64,000 bases of DNA from Candidatus Krumholzibacteriota bacterium (GTDB taxonomy: Bacteria > Krumholzibacteriota > Krumholzibacteriia > JAJRXK01): positions 672,001-736,000 of the forward strand of contig CAVXTH010000006.1 of the NCBI GenBank assembly GCA_963764625.1, written 5' to 3'. The position numbers and the translations under genes were made by a program. Each line of letters opens with the position of its first letter. Within the stretch, counting starts at the first letter, position 1. The notes below the pieces were generated by a model. That model was not told the origin of the DNA. It worked only from the letters and a program-made list of their open reading frames with translations, and did not search any database. Below, piece by piece: positions 34,357-43,702 of this stretch.

Positions 34357-36219
34357 ATGCCACGCAGCCCCTTTGAGGAAGAGAAGCTGCAGGAGGGACT
34401 CGCCCGGCTTCGGGAGCTGGGGTATCTGCGTTCCCCGGTGGAGAGCTTCGTGGCGAAGAGAGTCTCGCGCGGCAAGAACCCCTGGCGGGCGGCTCTTTTG
34501 GCGGGTCTGTGGTTGGGTGCCGGCGGCGGCGCGCTCACCGGATGCCTGCTCACCCTCTCGGTCGCGGTCGCGCAAACCGAAATTCTGGACAACCTCCACG
34601 ATTTGTTCTGGCTGGGACTGGATCTCGTGCTCGCGGCCGCCGTCCTGGGCGGCGTGCTGGTGACTCTGTTCGCGTATCCGCTCTTGCTCAGCGCTCGTCG
34701 CAATGGATTCTCGGCGGGACAGCGGGGCGAGCTGGTGGTGTTCCTCGGCTCCTCCTTGCTCTTCGGTCTGTATCTGAGCGATGTCATGGGGCGCTTCCTC
34801 TTGGTGTCGGTCCAGGGATCGACTTGGCTTCTGCTGTCGCTGCTGGCGAGTCTTCTCTGCGCCCTGCTGGGAGTGGCGTGGGGCCGCCTGCTACGCGCCC
34901 TTCTGGCCGTGGCCAGACTCGACCAACTCGCAGTATCCAGCGCCAAGACCGCCGCTCGCTATACCCCACGCGTCATTCTGCTCGGCTTCATCGCGACGTC
35001 CTGCCTGCTCATCCTGGGACCCTACCGGGAGCTGCGGCCGCTGCGCGGCCTGGATGCGATCGATCCCGGTCCGCCGGTGCAGACGCACCAGCCGCTCGTC
35101 TTGCTCACGGTCGATGGCGCGGAACCTTCGCAGCTTCCCCGCCTGAGGGATCGTCTCCACGGCGAGTTGAAAGAACTGCGGCCGCCGGGCCTCGCGCTCC
35201 ACCCGGAGAGTTTTTGGAACTGCGTGGCCACCGGGTTTCCGCCCGAAATCCACGGCCTCGTTCGAGCCTCGTCCACCGGGCCCAAGGGGGTGGCGAGTGA
35301 TTTGAGGCGAGCGCGGCGCCAACCGCTTTTGGAACTGGTGCTGCGGGGACTCTTGCCCGGCATCGGGTTGGCCAAAGAGAGGGCCCACGACCAGCGCGAG
35401 CTTCTGAGGCCGCAGTTCTGGGAGATCGCAGCGCACATGGGTTTGAAGATGCAGGTGGTGAACGCCTGGGCCACCTATCCCGCCGCGCGGCACGCTGACC
35501 TCACGGTGGTGAGCGACCGGTGTTTCCTTCGCCTATGGGAGGGTGGCACGGATGCGGCGGAGGATCCTCTGCTGGTGCAGCCCCCTCGCCCGGATCTGTT
35601 GCCCGATCTTCGCGAAGCCCTGGCCACGCGCGACTCGTACCCCTCGCTGGTTCGCGGCGATTCTCTGCTGGAGACCCTTCCATTGCACGATCTGCAGCAG
35701 GTCGCCGATGCCTGGCACTACGCGGTTGCCAGCGACCTCTTCCATGCCTCTCTGGCGTTGAAGGGCATGGACGCGGCGGGGCAAGGCGGTTGGATCTGCC
35801 ATCTGGGGGGAGCGGACATCGTCGAGCGCGCGGCGCAGAGGATACCCGCCGGAGCCTCGCGGACGGTGGCGACGCGCCTGGAGGCGCTCTACACGAATTT
35901 CCTGGATGAACTGGTGCTTAAAGTGGTAGAGGAAGTTCCCGAGAGAGCACGTTTGTGTCTTGTGCTCTCGCGGGTGGGGAAGGGAGAGAGGCGGGCCTGG
36001 GCATTCCCCGCTACCCTGGCAAAGGGCGAGGGCAGCGTGCTCGAGCTCACTCCATCCCTGTTGAGCATTCTGGGACTTCCCCCGGCAAGAGACATGGCGG
36101 GAAAGAACAAGAGAGGACCGGCGACGTGGGGCAGTCGGCCGGCCTGGACGCCGCACGCGGAACGATCCTCAGCGGATCTGCAGAGGCTAAGGTCCCTGGG
36201 ATACATCGGCGGTTCCTGA
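34357..36219 (+). CDS. Membrane protein with a degenerate alkaline-phosphatase-superfamily domain
   Basis: About 5 TM segments, then LLTVDGA, FWNCVATG and VNAWATYPA; C-terminal RLRSLGYI tail; no SDHG. Confidence 0.6.
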   Translation: MPRSPFEEEKLQEGLARLRELGYLRSPVESFVAKRVSRGKNPWRAALLAGLWLGAGGGALTGCLLTLSVAVAQTEILDNLHDLFWLGLDLVLAAAVLGGVLVTLFAYPLLLSARRNGFSAGQRGELVVFLGSSLLFGLYLSDVMGRFLLVSVQGSTWLLLSLLASLLCALLGVAWGRLLRALLAVARLDQLAVSSAKTAARYTPRVILLGFIATSCLLILGPYRELRPLRGLDAIDPGPPVQTHQPLVLLTVDGAEPSQLPRLRDRLHGELKELRPPGLALHPESFWNCVATGFPPEIHGLVRASSTGPKGVASDLRRARRQPLLELVLRGLLPGIGLAKERAHDQRELLRPQFWEIAAHMGLKMQVVNAWATYPAARHADLTVVSDRCFLRLWEGGTDAAEDPLLVQPPRPDLLPDLREALATRDSYPSLVRGDSLLETLPLHDLQQVADAWHYAVASDLFHASLALKGMDAAGQGGWICHLGGADIVERAAQRIPAGASRTVATRLEALYTNFLDELVLKVVEEVPERARLCLVLSRVGKGERRAWAFPATLAKGEGSVLELTPSLLSILGLPPARDMAGKNKRGPATWGSRPAWTPHAERSSADLQRLRSLGYIGGS

Positions 36220-36245
36220 TTCCCTCGGGCGACGAGGAGGTTTCC

Positions 36246-36938
36246 ATGCGAAGCATCGGTCATTTTCCACTGCTCGTCTTGGTGCTCGGACTCAGCGCGT
36301 GCGCGTCGCATCCAGCGCCCAGCGTGAAGTCCGATCCGCAAGCGGCGCCAGAGAGTTCGGTACAACAAGAGAACGCGGCGACGGAAAAGTCGGCCGGCGA
36401 GATCACCGGGCCCGCCGCGGGCTATCGAGTCGAAAGTGAAGGCGAAGCCCCGGTCACCAAAGACGTGGAGTTCGAGGAAGACCGACTTCCTCCCTCCCCG
36501 GAGGAAGTCGAAGCCACCAAACTCGAAAGCGAGCGCGTGTCCTCGAGCGAAGTGGAGCAGCTGCCCAAAGTGCAGGGAGCAGCAACGCCGGACAGCGGCG
36601 GCGACAAGATTCCCCCCAGCGTCAGCGCGCCGGTGGACCCCAGCGTGAAGATACCGATCGAAGGGAAGCGCCCCGCGGCGCGCCTGGGATTCAGGGTGCA
36701 GATCGCGGCCTCGCGCGACAAGAGCAACGCGGAGGAGGTCGCACGGCAAGCGCGCAGCCGGATTCCCGAGACGGTCTACGTGGTCTTCGAGAGCCCGTAC
36801 TACAAAGTGCGCGTGGGAGACTTCAGCGATCGCGCCCTTGCCCTCCAGCTGCGGGATCGGCTCCGGGGCTATGGCTACGACGAGGCCTGGGTGGTCACGA
36901 CGACCGTCATGGAAAGCGCGAAGGATTCCGGCTCTTGA
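36246..36938 (+). CDS. SPOR-domain lipoprotein
   Basis: GAGGAGG SD, lipobox LSAC, low-complexity linker, then FRVQIAA...YYKVRVGDF...LRGYGYDEAWVV. Confidence 0.88.
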   Translation: MRSIGHFPLLVLVLGLSACASHPAPSVKSDPQAAPESSVQQENAATEKSAGEITGPAAGYRVESEGEAPVTKDVEFEEDRLPPSPEEVEATKLESERVSSSEVEQLPKVQGAATPDSGGDKIPPSVSAPVDPSVKIPIEGKRPAARLGFRVQIAASRDKSNAEEVARQARSRIPETVYVVFESPYYKVRVGDFSDRALALQLRDRLRGYGYDEAWVVTTTVMESAKDSGS

Positions 36939-37001
36939 CGCAGGCAGGGCATTGTCTAAACTAATCAGTCCCACGCGGTGGGAGTCCCTGGTTTTCAAGG
37001 G

Positions 37002-37077
<76 letters not shown>

Positions 37078-37086
37078 TCGTTTCCG

Positions 37087-37163
37087 GGCGGCATAGCCAA
37101 GTGGTCCAAGGCGACGGTTTGCAAAACCGTTATTCCCCAGTTCGAATCTGGGTGCCGCCTCCA
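37087..37163 (+). tRNA. tRNA-Cys(GCA)
   Basis: GGCGGCA...TGCCGCC-T-CCA with anticodon arm ACGGT-TTGCAAA-ACCGT. Confidence 0.96.
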
Positions 37164-37225
37164 GTCGACCCGAGCACGGCCTGCAGCCCTACGAGGAAGC
37201 GGGCTCCGCCGGAATCGAGTTCGAC

Positions 37226-37259
37226 ACGCGGATGACGCCCGGAGCGTCATCCGCGTTTT
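37226..37259 (+). terminator. Probable intrinsic terminator/processing hairpin between tRNA-Cys and tRNA-Leu
   Basis: Perfect 13-bp stem ACGCGGATGACGC/GCGTCATCCGCGT followed by TTT. Confidence 0.65.
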
Positions 37260-37303
37260 CGCTTGCCCAAAACTGCGATGGCGCGGATTTTGGTAGCGAT
37301 GGG

Positions 37304-37388
37304 GCCCGGGTGGCGGAATTGGTAGACGCAGGGGACTTAAAATCCCCTGAAGCTTGGCTTCGTGAGGGTTCGATTCCCTCCCCGGGCA
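37304..37388 (+). tRNA. tRNA-Leu(TAA), CCA not encoded
   Basis: GCCCGGG...CCCGGGC-A, anticodon arm GGGGA-CTTAAAA-TCCCC, long variable arm. Confidence 0.95.
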
Positions 37389-37449
37389 GATCACCTCCGC
37401 ATTCGGAAGCCAGCAAAACAGCCCAGGGTTTCAGGGGTGAAGAGCACGC

Positions 37450-38583
37450 GTGCGCATCGCATATCTGAGCATCGGCCGGCATCTGCACACTCAGCGATGG
37501 ATCCAATACTTCGCGAGAAGAGGCCATGAGTGCCATCTCCTCACGGTTCAACCCGGTCCGCTCGAAGGGGTGCGGGTGCACGACATTCGCACCCATGCCC
37601 CTGGCAAGCCGCTGCGCTACTGGTTGAGTCTGAGGAAGGTGCGGGCGATCCTGCAGGACCTGAGGCCAGATCTCCTCCATACCCATTTCCTGACCGGCTA
37701 CGGCTACTGGGGACACTTCTCGCGCTTTCAACCCAACATCCTCACCGTCTGGGGCGACGACGTCTATCTCACACCCCGCGAGAACGTGTTGAAGGGTTGG
37801 CTGGCGCGCCGGGCTCTTGGCTCCGCGCGCGCGGTCACCGGAGACTCGGTGGACATCCTCAAGCAATGCGTCGATTTGGGCGCCAGAGCCGAGTCCTGCT
37901 ACGAAATCCAATGGGGGGTCGATTTCTCCGTGTTCAGCCCGGAACGGTCCAGCCAGGTCCGGAAGGAGCTGGGCATTCCGGAGGGATCGCCCGTCATTTT
38001 CTCGCCCCGCTCGTTTACGCAGGCTTACTACAACATCGATGTCATCATCGCCGCGGTTGCTGGCTTGCAAGCCCAGCGTCCCGCGGTTCATGTCATCTTC
38101 GCCGGTTACGAGGGCGATCAGACCCCCTTCCGCGCGATGGCCGAAAAGGCCGGGCTCACCCGGCAAACGCATTTCGTCGGGCGAATTCCCCACGAACGCT
38201 TTGCGGATTACCTCGTCGCCAGTGATGTCTTCGTGAGCGTTCCCTCGGTGGACGCAACCGCGGTCTCTCTCCTGGAAGCCATGGCGTGCGGACGGGCGAT
38301 CGTCGTCTCCTCGCTGGCCTCTTCGCTCGAGTGGGTTCGGGACGGCGAGAACGGAATCGTGGTGCCGCCACGCGACGAGAACGCGCTCGTGAACGCGCTC
38401 ACGACTCTGGTGGACGACGACTTAGTGCGCCGTCGCTTCGGTGAGGTATGCGCGCGCGAGGTTCGCCAGCGAGCTGACCACGAAACGAACATGGAGTGGA
38501 TGCTTCGTCTCTACGAACATTTCGTCACGGGCAAGGAGATCCCCGCTGAGATACGCTCGATGAAGAGCAGGGGACTCGCATGA
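37450..38583 (+). CDS. Glycosyltransferase family 4
   Basis: HTQRW, TVWGDDV, SPRS and SLLEAMACG motifs. Confidence 0.9.
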   Translation: MRIAYLSIGRHLHTQRWIQYFARRGHECHLLTVQPGPLEGVRVHDIRTHAPGKPLRYWLSLRKVRAILQDLRPDLLHTHFLTGYGYWGHFSRFQPNILTVWGDDVYLTPRENVLKGWLARRALGSARAVTGDSVDILKQCVDLGARAESCYEIQWGVDFSVFSPERSSQVRKELGIPEGSPVIFSPRSFTQAYYNIDVIIAAVAGLQAQRPAVHVIFAGYEGDQTPFRAMAEKAGLTRQTHFVGRIPHERFADYLVASDVFVSVPSVDATAVSLLEAMACGRAIVVSSLASSLEWVRDGENGIVVPPRDENALVNALTTLVDDDLVRRRFGEVCAREVRQRADHETNMEWMLRLYEHFVTGKEIPAEIRSMKSRGLA

Positions 38584-39518
38584 TCACCGTCGTCATCCCC
38601 ACTCACCGCAAGCCCGCGCTGCTCCAGCGTACCCTTTCCGCGTTGGAGATTCAGAGTTACGCGGGGGAGTGGGAGGTCCTGGTGGTGGACGACGGCTCCG
38701 GGGATGAAACCCCGGTTGTGCTCCGCGAGTGGGGGCGGCGCCTGCCCCTCCGCGCGATCGTGCTGAAGGAAAACGAGGGGCGGTCGCGAGCTCGCAACCA
38801 CGGATGGCGTGGGGCCAGGGGAGAGACGGTTCTCTTTCTGGACGACGACATCCTGCTCGAGAGGAACGCTCTGGCGGCGCACGCCGCGGCGCAGGAGCGC
38901 CGTGCCGCGGGGTGGTTGGGCGAGGTGCGCACGGCCCCGGAGATCGTCGATTCCAGCCTGTTCGAATACCTCGACGGCCAGGGCATCGCGAAGTGTACCC
39001 CGGGCGGTCCGGTGCCGGCTCGCTATTTCCTGACCCAGAATGTTTCGCTTCCGCGGGCGGCCCTGGCCCTGTGCGACGGTTTCAACGAAGGCTTCCAGGC
39101 TTACGGATTCGAGGACATGGAATTGGCCTTTCGGCTGGAAGATCAAGCCAAGCTCGGCTTCCACTTCCTCGACGGCGCCCTGGGCCATCACGTCCACCAC
39201 CACAGCCTCCGCGAATATCTGGAGAAGAAGCGCGAATGCGGACGCGCCTCGTTGCCCCTGATCGCCCGTCTTCATCCCGGGCGGATGCGCGAGATGCAGC
39301 TCGACCTCCTCCTGGGGCCTCGGGGGGAGCTCTCCGGCTCGCGCTCTCTCATGGCCACCGGGCTTGCCCGCAGCTTCCGGTGGGGAGGCCCAGGCTTGGC
39401 TCAGACGGCGCTCCGCCTCCTCGGGGGGGCGTTGCCCCGCGCCGCCCGGCGGCGCCTCTACGACTACCTCGTCCTGGCCTGCTACGCGCAGGGTCTGTCA
39501 GGAGTAAAACTGCCATAA
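38580..39518 (+). CDS. Glycosyltransferase family 2
   Basis: VVIPTH, VVDDGSGD, ARNHG, FLDDD and YGFEDMEL motifs. Confidence 0.9.
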   Translation: MITVVIPTHRKPALLQRTLSALEIQSYAGEWEVLVVDDGSGDETPVVLREWGRRLPLRAIVLKENEGRSRARNHGWRGARGETVLFLDDDILLERNALAAHAAAQERRAAGWLGEVRTAPEIVDSSLFEYLDGQGIAKCTPGGPVPARYFLTQNVSLPRAALALCDGFNEGFQAYGFEDMELAFRLEDQAKLGFHFLDGALGHHVHHHSLREYLEKKRECGRASLPLIARLHPGRMREMQLDLLLGPRGELSGSRSLMATGLARSFRWGGPGLAQTALRLLGGALPRAARRRLYDYLVLACYAQGLSGVKLP

Positions 39519-39636
39519 TGGCAGTATTCTGTCATTCTGTCGGTCACAGGGGCAGGACCCTATCGCCCTTCAATTTTTTAAGTATTGCCATTACAGTGAG
39601 TTACGCTCCTTTCGCTTGCCTGGCATGGGGATTGTT
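39509..39636 (+). promoter_or_regulatory. Putative sigma54 promoter of dnaK with upstream activator sites and IHF-like site
   Basis: Palindrome ACTGCCAT-A-ATGGCAGT (39509-25), degenerate copy at 39529-43, TTCAA-TTTT-TTA (39569-80), and CTGGCATGGGGATTGTT -24/-12 (39620-36). Confidence 0.6.
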
Positions 39637-39686
39637 CAGGCTCCAAGCACACGCATACCGTTTGCACGAGGAAAGGAAGCCATACC

Positions 39687-41606
39687 ATGGGCAAGATCAT
39701 CGGGATCGACCTGGGCACCACGAACAGCTGCGTAGCTGTGGTGGAAGGCTCGGAGGTCAAAGTCATCACCAACACCGAAGGGCAGAAGACCACGCCCTCG
39801 GTCGTGGGGTGGAACAAAGAGGGCAACCGCCTGGTCGGTGTGGTCGCCAAGCGCCAGGCGGTCACGCAGCCCGAGCATACGATCTATTCCATCAAGCGAT
39901 TCATGGGACGACAGTTCAACGAGGTCGCGGACGAAATCAGCGAAGTGCCCTACGAGCTCATCGAGGGCCCTGGCGGCAAGGTCGTGGTGAAAACCCCCTC
40001 GGGAGAATTTACTCCGCCGGAGATTTCCGCCGTGATTCTGCAGAAAATGAAGGAAACCGCGGAGAGCTATCTGGGTGAGCCGGTCACCGAAGCGGTGATC
40101 ACGGTTCCCGCGTATTTCAACGACTCCCAGCGCCAGGCCACCAAGGACGCGGGGCGTATCGCTGGACTCGAGGTGAAGCGCATCATCAACGAGCCCACCG
40201 CCGCCGCGCTGGCCTATGGACTCGACAAAAAGAAAAATGAAACGGTGGCGGTGTTCGACCTCGGGGGTGGAACTTTCGACATCTCGATTCTGGATCTCGG
40301 GGAAGGGGTCTTCGAAGTCAAGTCGACCAATGGGGACACTCACCTCGGTGGAGATGATTTCGATCAGGCCGTCATCAATTGGCTGGTCAAGGAATTCAAA
40401 TCGGCGGAAGGCATCGATCTGTCCTTGGACAGCATGGCGATGCAGCGCTTGAAGGAAGCAGCCGAGCGCGCCAAGTGCGAGCTCTCCAGCTCGAGTCAGA
40501 CCGAAATCAATCTTCCCTTCATCACCGCCGACGCGAGCGGCCCCAAGCATCTGGTGCAGACCCTCACGCGTTCACGCTTCGAGCAACTAGTCGACGACCT
40601 GGTGGCGCGCACGGTGGGCCCCTGCCAGAAAGCGATCAAGGACGCAGGTCTCTCGACCTCCGACATCGACGAGGTCATTCTCGTCGGGGGTTCGACCCGC
40701 ATGCCGGTGATCCAGGAGAAGGTGAAGAGCCTCTTCGGAAGGGACCCGAATCACTCGGTCAATCCCGACGAGTGCGTGGCCATGGGGGCCGCGATTCAAG
40801 GTGGCGTGCTTTCGGGCGAGTCTCATCTGAGCGACGTCGTGCTGCTGGATGTTACCCCCCTGAGTCTGGGAATCGAGACCCTCGGTGGCGTCATGACCAA
40901 GCTCATCGAGCGGAATACCACGATCCCGACCAAGAAGTCGCAGACCTTCTCCACCGCCGACGACAATCAGAGCGTGGTCGAAATCCACGTGCTGCAAGGC
41001 GAACGCGAGATGGCCTCGGTCAACAAATCGATCGGTCGCTTCCAACTCACGGGCATTCCGCCCGCGCCGCGTGGCATTCCGCAGATCGAAGTCAGCTTCG
41101 ACATCGACGCGGACGGCATTCTCAACGTCAATGCGAAGGACAAAGCCACCGGCAAGGAGCAGAGCATCGTCATTCAGGCGTCGAGTGGACTGGACGAATC
41201 GGAAATCGAGAGGATGGTCGAGGACGCCAAGTCCCACGCCGACGAAGATAAGAAGCGGCGCGAGAAAGTGGACGCCAAGAACCAGGCGGATTCCCTACTC
41301 TACCAGGCGCGAAAGCTGCTGAGCGAGACGGGCGAGAAAATCCAGGGTGGCACGAAGGAAGAGGTGGAGAAGGCGATCTCCGAACTCGAAGCCGTGAAGG
41401 ACGGGGAGGACCTGGCCGCCATCTCGAGCCGGACCAAGGCCCTCAGCGATGCGCTCCAGAAGGCCGGGACGGAGGCCTACCAGGAAGCCTCGGCCGCCCA
41501 AGGTGAATCGGCACAGGGGCAAACGGAAGGCCAGGCCGAGAGCGGAAACGGCTCATCCGAGCCGGTCGACGCCGATTTCGAGGTGGTCGACGAGGAGAAA
41601 CCCTGA
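39687..41606 (+). CDS. dnaK: Chaperone DnaK (Hsp70)
   Basis: [33 protein letters not shown] motifs and DADFEVV tail. Confidence 0.99.
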   Translation: MGKIIGIDLGTTNSCVAVVEGSEVKVITNTEGQKTTPSVVGWNKEGNRLVGVVAKRQAVTQPEHTIYSIKRFMGRQFNEVADEISEVPYELIEGPGGKVVVKTPSGEFTPPEISAVILQKMKETAESYLGEPVTEAVITVPAYFNDSQRQATKDAGRIAGLEVKRIINEPTAAALAYGLDKKKNETVAVFDLGGGTFDISILDLGEGVFEVKSTNGDTHLGGDDFDQAVINWLVKEFKSAEGIDLSLDSMAMQRLKEAAERAKCELSSSSQTEINLPFITADASGPKHLVQTLTRSRFEQLVDDLVARTVGPCQKAIKDAGLSTSDIDEVILVGGSTRMPVIQEKVKSLFGRDPNHSVNPDECVAMGAAIQGGVLSGESHLSDVVLLDVTPLSLGIETLGGVMTKLIERNTTIPTKKSQTFSTADDNQSVVEIHVLQGEREMASVNKSIGRFQLTGIPPAPRGIPQIEVSFDIDADGILNVNAKDKATGKEQSIVIQASSGLDESEIERMVEDAKSHADEDKKRREKVDAKNQADSLLYQARKLLSETGEKIQGGTKEEVEKAISELEAVKDGEDLAAISSRTKALSDALQKAGTEAYQEASAAQGESAQGQTEGQAESGNGSSEPVDADFEVVDEEKP

Positions 41607-41646
41607 GCGGGCCGACCCAAGCTCGCTCGTCCAGACACCCGGTCGG

Positions 41647-41676
41647 TTGACACGGGCCGGGGACATGGTTCACAAT
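41647..41676 (+). promoter_or_regulatory. Putative sigma-70 promoter upstream of the structured leader and sigma-factor gene
   Basis: TTGACA-18 nt-CACAAT. Confidence 0.6.
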
Positions 41677-41680
41677 CTCT

Positions 41681-41912
41681 CCGCGAGTTCTCCCACAACA
41701 GGTTCCGCCTGAGAGCGGACCCGATCCCGGCGTACACGGCATCATCGCCGGGAACTGCTTCCTGGGAATGACGTAGGAGAAGAGAGCCTTCACGGTCAAG
41801 GGCCGCCTGGGGTCGCTTAGGATCCCGGGGCTCCTGTGTCGAATGGCTAGGATGGAGGCAATGGGAGTGTCGCTGTCGAGTTTGCAGGGAGACGCGGAAA
41901 AGCTGGCGTCCC
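41681..41912 (+). ncRNA. Candidate structured leader RNA/ncRNA (family not recognised)
   Basis: Several nested hairpins, with the 5' end able to pair with two alternative 3' partners (see findings). Confidence 0.4.
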
Positions 41913-41927
41913 AAGGTGGAGGAAACA

Positions 41928-42785
41928 ATGTATGAAGTCGAGCGGAGCCCTGATCGTCGGCAGGATCAGGCGCTTCAGCATTATCTGAAGGTGATTGGCC
42001 GCTACCCCTTGCTCACCAAGGAGCAGGAGTTCGAGCTCGCCTTCCGCATTCGGGGCGGCGACGAACCGGCGTTGGAGAAGCTGGTCTACTCCAATCTCCG
42101 TTTCGTGGTGAGTGTGGCGAAGCGTTACGTGGGCCACGGGCTCTCCTTCCTCGATCTCATCGCGGAAGGCAACATGGGGCTCATCACCGCAGCTCATCGT
42201 TTCGATGAGCGACGGAACTTCCGTTTCATCTCGTACGCAGTGTGGTGGATTCGGCAGGCAATTCAAAAGGCTCTGGCCGAACAGACTCACACGGTTCGGT
42301 TGCCGATCAACCGCGCGCAACAGGCGCAGCGTTTGCGGAAGATCAACAACCGCATGGAACAGGAAAAGGGCGGCACGATTCCCCGGGAGGAATTGGCCAA
42401 GCAGCTCGACATTTCGGTGAGCAAGCTCAACGAGATCAACGCCGTGTTGCGTCCCCTGCTCTCGATCGACGAGAGCCTTCACGACGAAGAGTCGCAGCCC
42501 CTCCAGGAGATTCTCTCCAATCCCGACGATCCCACGCCCGAAGACGAGTTCGTCCGGGATGAGCTGCGGGACCAATTGGTGTCCGCCATGAAGAATCTCA
42601 CCTCGCGGGAACGCGACATCGTGGTGCGTTACTATGGCCTCAGCGGGGAGGAGAGCACTTCCCTCGAGGCGATCGGCGAGGACATCAACCTCTCGCGCGA
42701 ACGGGTGCGCCAGATTCGCAACGACGCGCTGAGGAAGATGCGGCATTCGGTCTCCGGAACGAACCTGACGGACTATCTCACTTGA
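41928..42785 (+). CDS. RNA polymerase sigma-70 factor, RpoD/SigA-like, lacking region 1.1
   Basis: GGAGG SD before ATG 41928; YLKVIGRYPLLT, NLRFVVSVAKRY, DLIAEGNMGL, RFISYAVWWIRQ and SRERVRQI motifs. Confidence 0.93.
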   Translation: MYEVERSPDRRQDQALQHYLKVIGRYPLLTKEQEFELAFRIRGGDEPALEKLVYSNLRFVVSVAKRYVGHGLSFLDLIAEGNMGLITAAHRFDERRNFRFISYAVWWIRQAIQKALAEQTHTVRLPINRAQQAQRLRKINNRMEQEKGGTIPREELAKQLDISVSKLNEINAVLRPLLSIDESLHDEESQPLQEILSNPDDPTPEDEFVRDELRDQLVSAMKNLTSRERDIVVRYYGLSGEESTSLEAIGEDINLSRERVRQIRNDALRKMRHSVSGTNLTDYLT

Positions 42786-42809
42786 TCGGAAAAGAAGGTC
42801 TGGTGCGAG

Positions 42810-42839
42810 AGGCCTGTTCTTCCAGCAGGCCTTTTTTTT
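42810..42839 (+). terminator. Intrinsic terminator after the sigma factor
   Basis: GGCCTGTT/AGCAGGCC stem followed by T8. Confidence 0.8.
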
Positions 42840-42853
42840 GAGAGAGGGTTGCC

Positions 42854-43108
42854 GTGGCGGAGGTCACTCTGGAGCTGCTCTTCTTCGCGGACGTGGCCCG
42901 CAAGACGGGGAATCGTCAGGAGACGATTTGTCTGCCTGGGGACTCGACTCTGGCCGACTTGCAGGACGAGGTCTTTCGCCGCCATCCCCAACTCAAGCCG
43001 ATGGAGCGCCATCTCGTGTGGTCGGTCGATGAAGAGGTCGCCACCCCCAAAACTCGGCTGGGCACGGCAAGTCGGGTGGGAGTGATGCCGCCCTTCAGCG
43101 GGGGTTGA
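42854..43108 (+). CDS. moaD: Molybdopterin synthase sulfur carrier subunit (MoaD/ThiS)
   Basis: LLFFA N-terminal strand; C-terminal PPFSGG. Confidence 0.9.
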   Translation: MAEVTLELLFFADVARKTGNRQETICLPGDSTLADLQDEVFRRHPQLKPMERHLVWSVDEEVATPKTRLGTASRVGVMPPFSGG

Positions 43109-43115
43109 GGCGCCG

Positions 43116-43523
43116 ATGGATCGCGTTTTCCTCAGCGACGAGACGCTCGACGTCGACGGTCTCAAAGCCAGCCTGGTGAACGGCCAGCGCGGCGCCGTGG
43201 TTAGCTTCGAGGGCAGGGTCCGCGAGACCGAAGGCAAGATGGAGCTGCGAGGAATCGACTATGAGGCCTACGCGGCCATGGCGGAGAAGCAGCTCGATGA
43301 GCTTCTGCGCCAGGCTCACGAGAAATGGCCACAGTTCGAAGCGGTGGTGGCGCATCGCAGAGGGGTCGTCGCAGTGGGGGAGTGCGCCGTGTTCATCGCG
43401 GTGGCGACCGTCCACCGTGCGGAGGCATTCGCGATCTGTCACTGGCTCATCGACGAACTCAAGGCCCGGGTACCGATCTTCAAGCGGGAGCACTTGCCCC
43501 GCGGCTCAGGCCGTCAGACTTGA
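43116..43523 (+). CDS. moaE: Molybdopterin synthase catalytic subunit
   Basis: GAVVSFEGRVR, YEAY, HRRG, HRAEAF and LKARVPIFKRE motifs. Confidence 0.92.
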   Translation: MDRVFLSDETLDVDGLKASLVNGQRGAVVSFEGRVRETEGKMELRGIDYEAYAAMAEKQLDELLRQAHEKWPQFEAVVAHRRGVVAVGECAVFIAVATVHRAEAFAICHWLIDELKARVPIFKREHLPRGSGRQT

Positions 43524-43561
43524 CAGCGCAAGGGGCCTCGGATATTAATTTCGGTCCCTGG

Positions 43562-43639
43562 GGGCGATTAGCTCAGCTTGGTTAGAGCGCTTGCTTGACA
43601 TGTAAGAGGTCACTGGTTCAAGTCCAGTATCGCCCACCA
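43562..43639 (+). tRNA. tRNA-Val(GAC)
   Basis: GGGCGAT...ATCGCCC-A-CCA with anticodon loop TTGACAT; TTGACA-17-TATTAA promoter at 43520-43548. Confidence 0.96.
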
Positions 43640-43702
43640 TTTTGCTTTCCGGGAATGCGCTCCTTCGGCGGGGGCGCGCGAAGGCCGCGAGGCTGATCTC
43701 TA

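Noticed and set aside
39520-39686. CIRCE/HrcA operator upstream of dnaK
   Set aside because: No TTAGCACTC-N9-GAGTGCTAA match.
41700-41860. TPP, SAM-I, c-di-GMP-I or c-di-AMP riboswitch identity for the sigma leader
   Set aside because: Only fragments match (CTGAGA, CCCGAT, GGAGGCAAT); the core conserved motifs of each family are missing.
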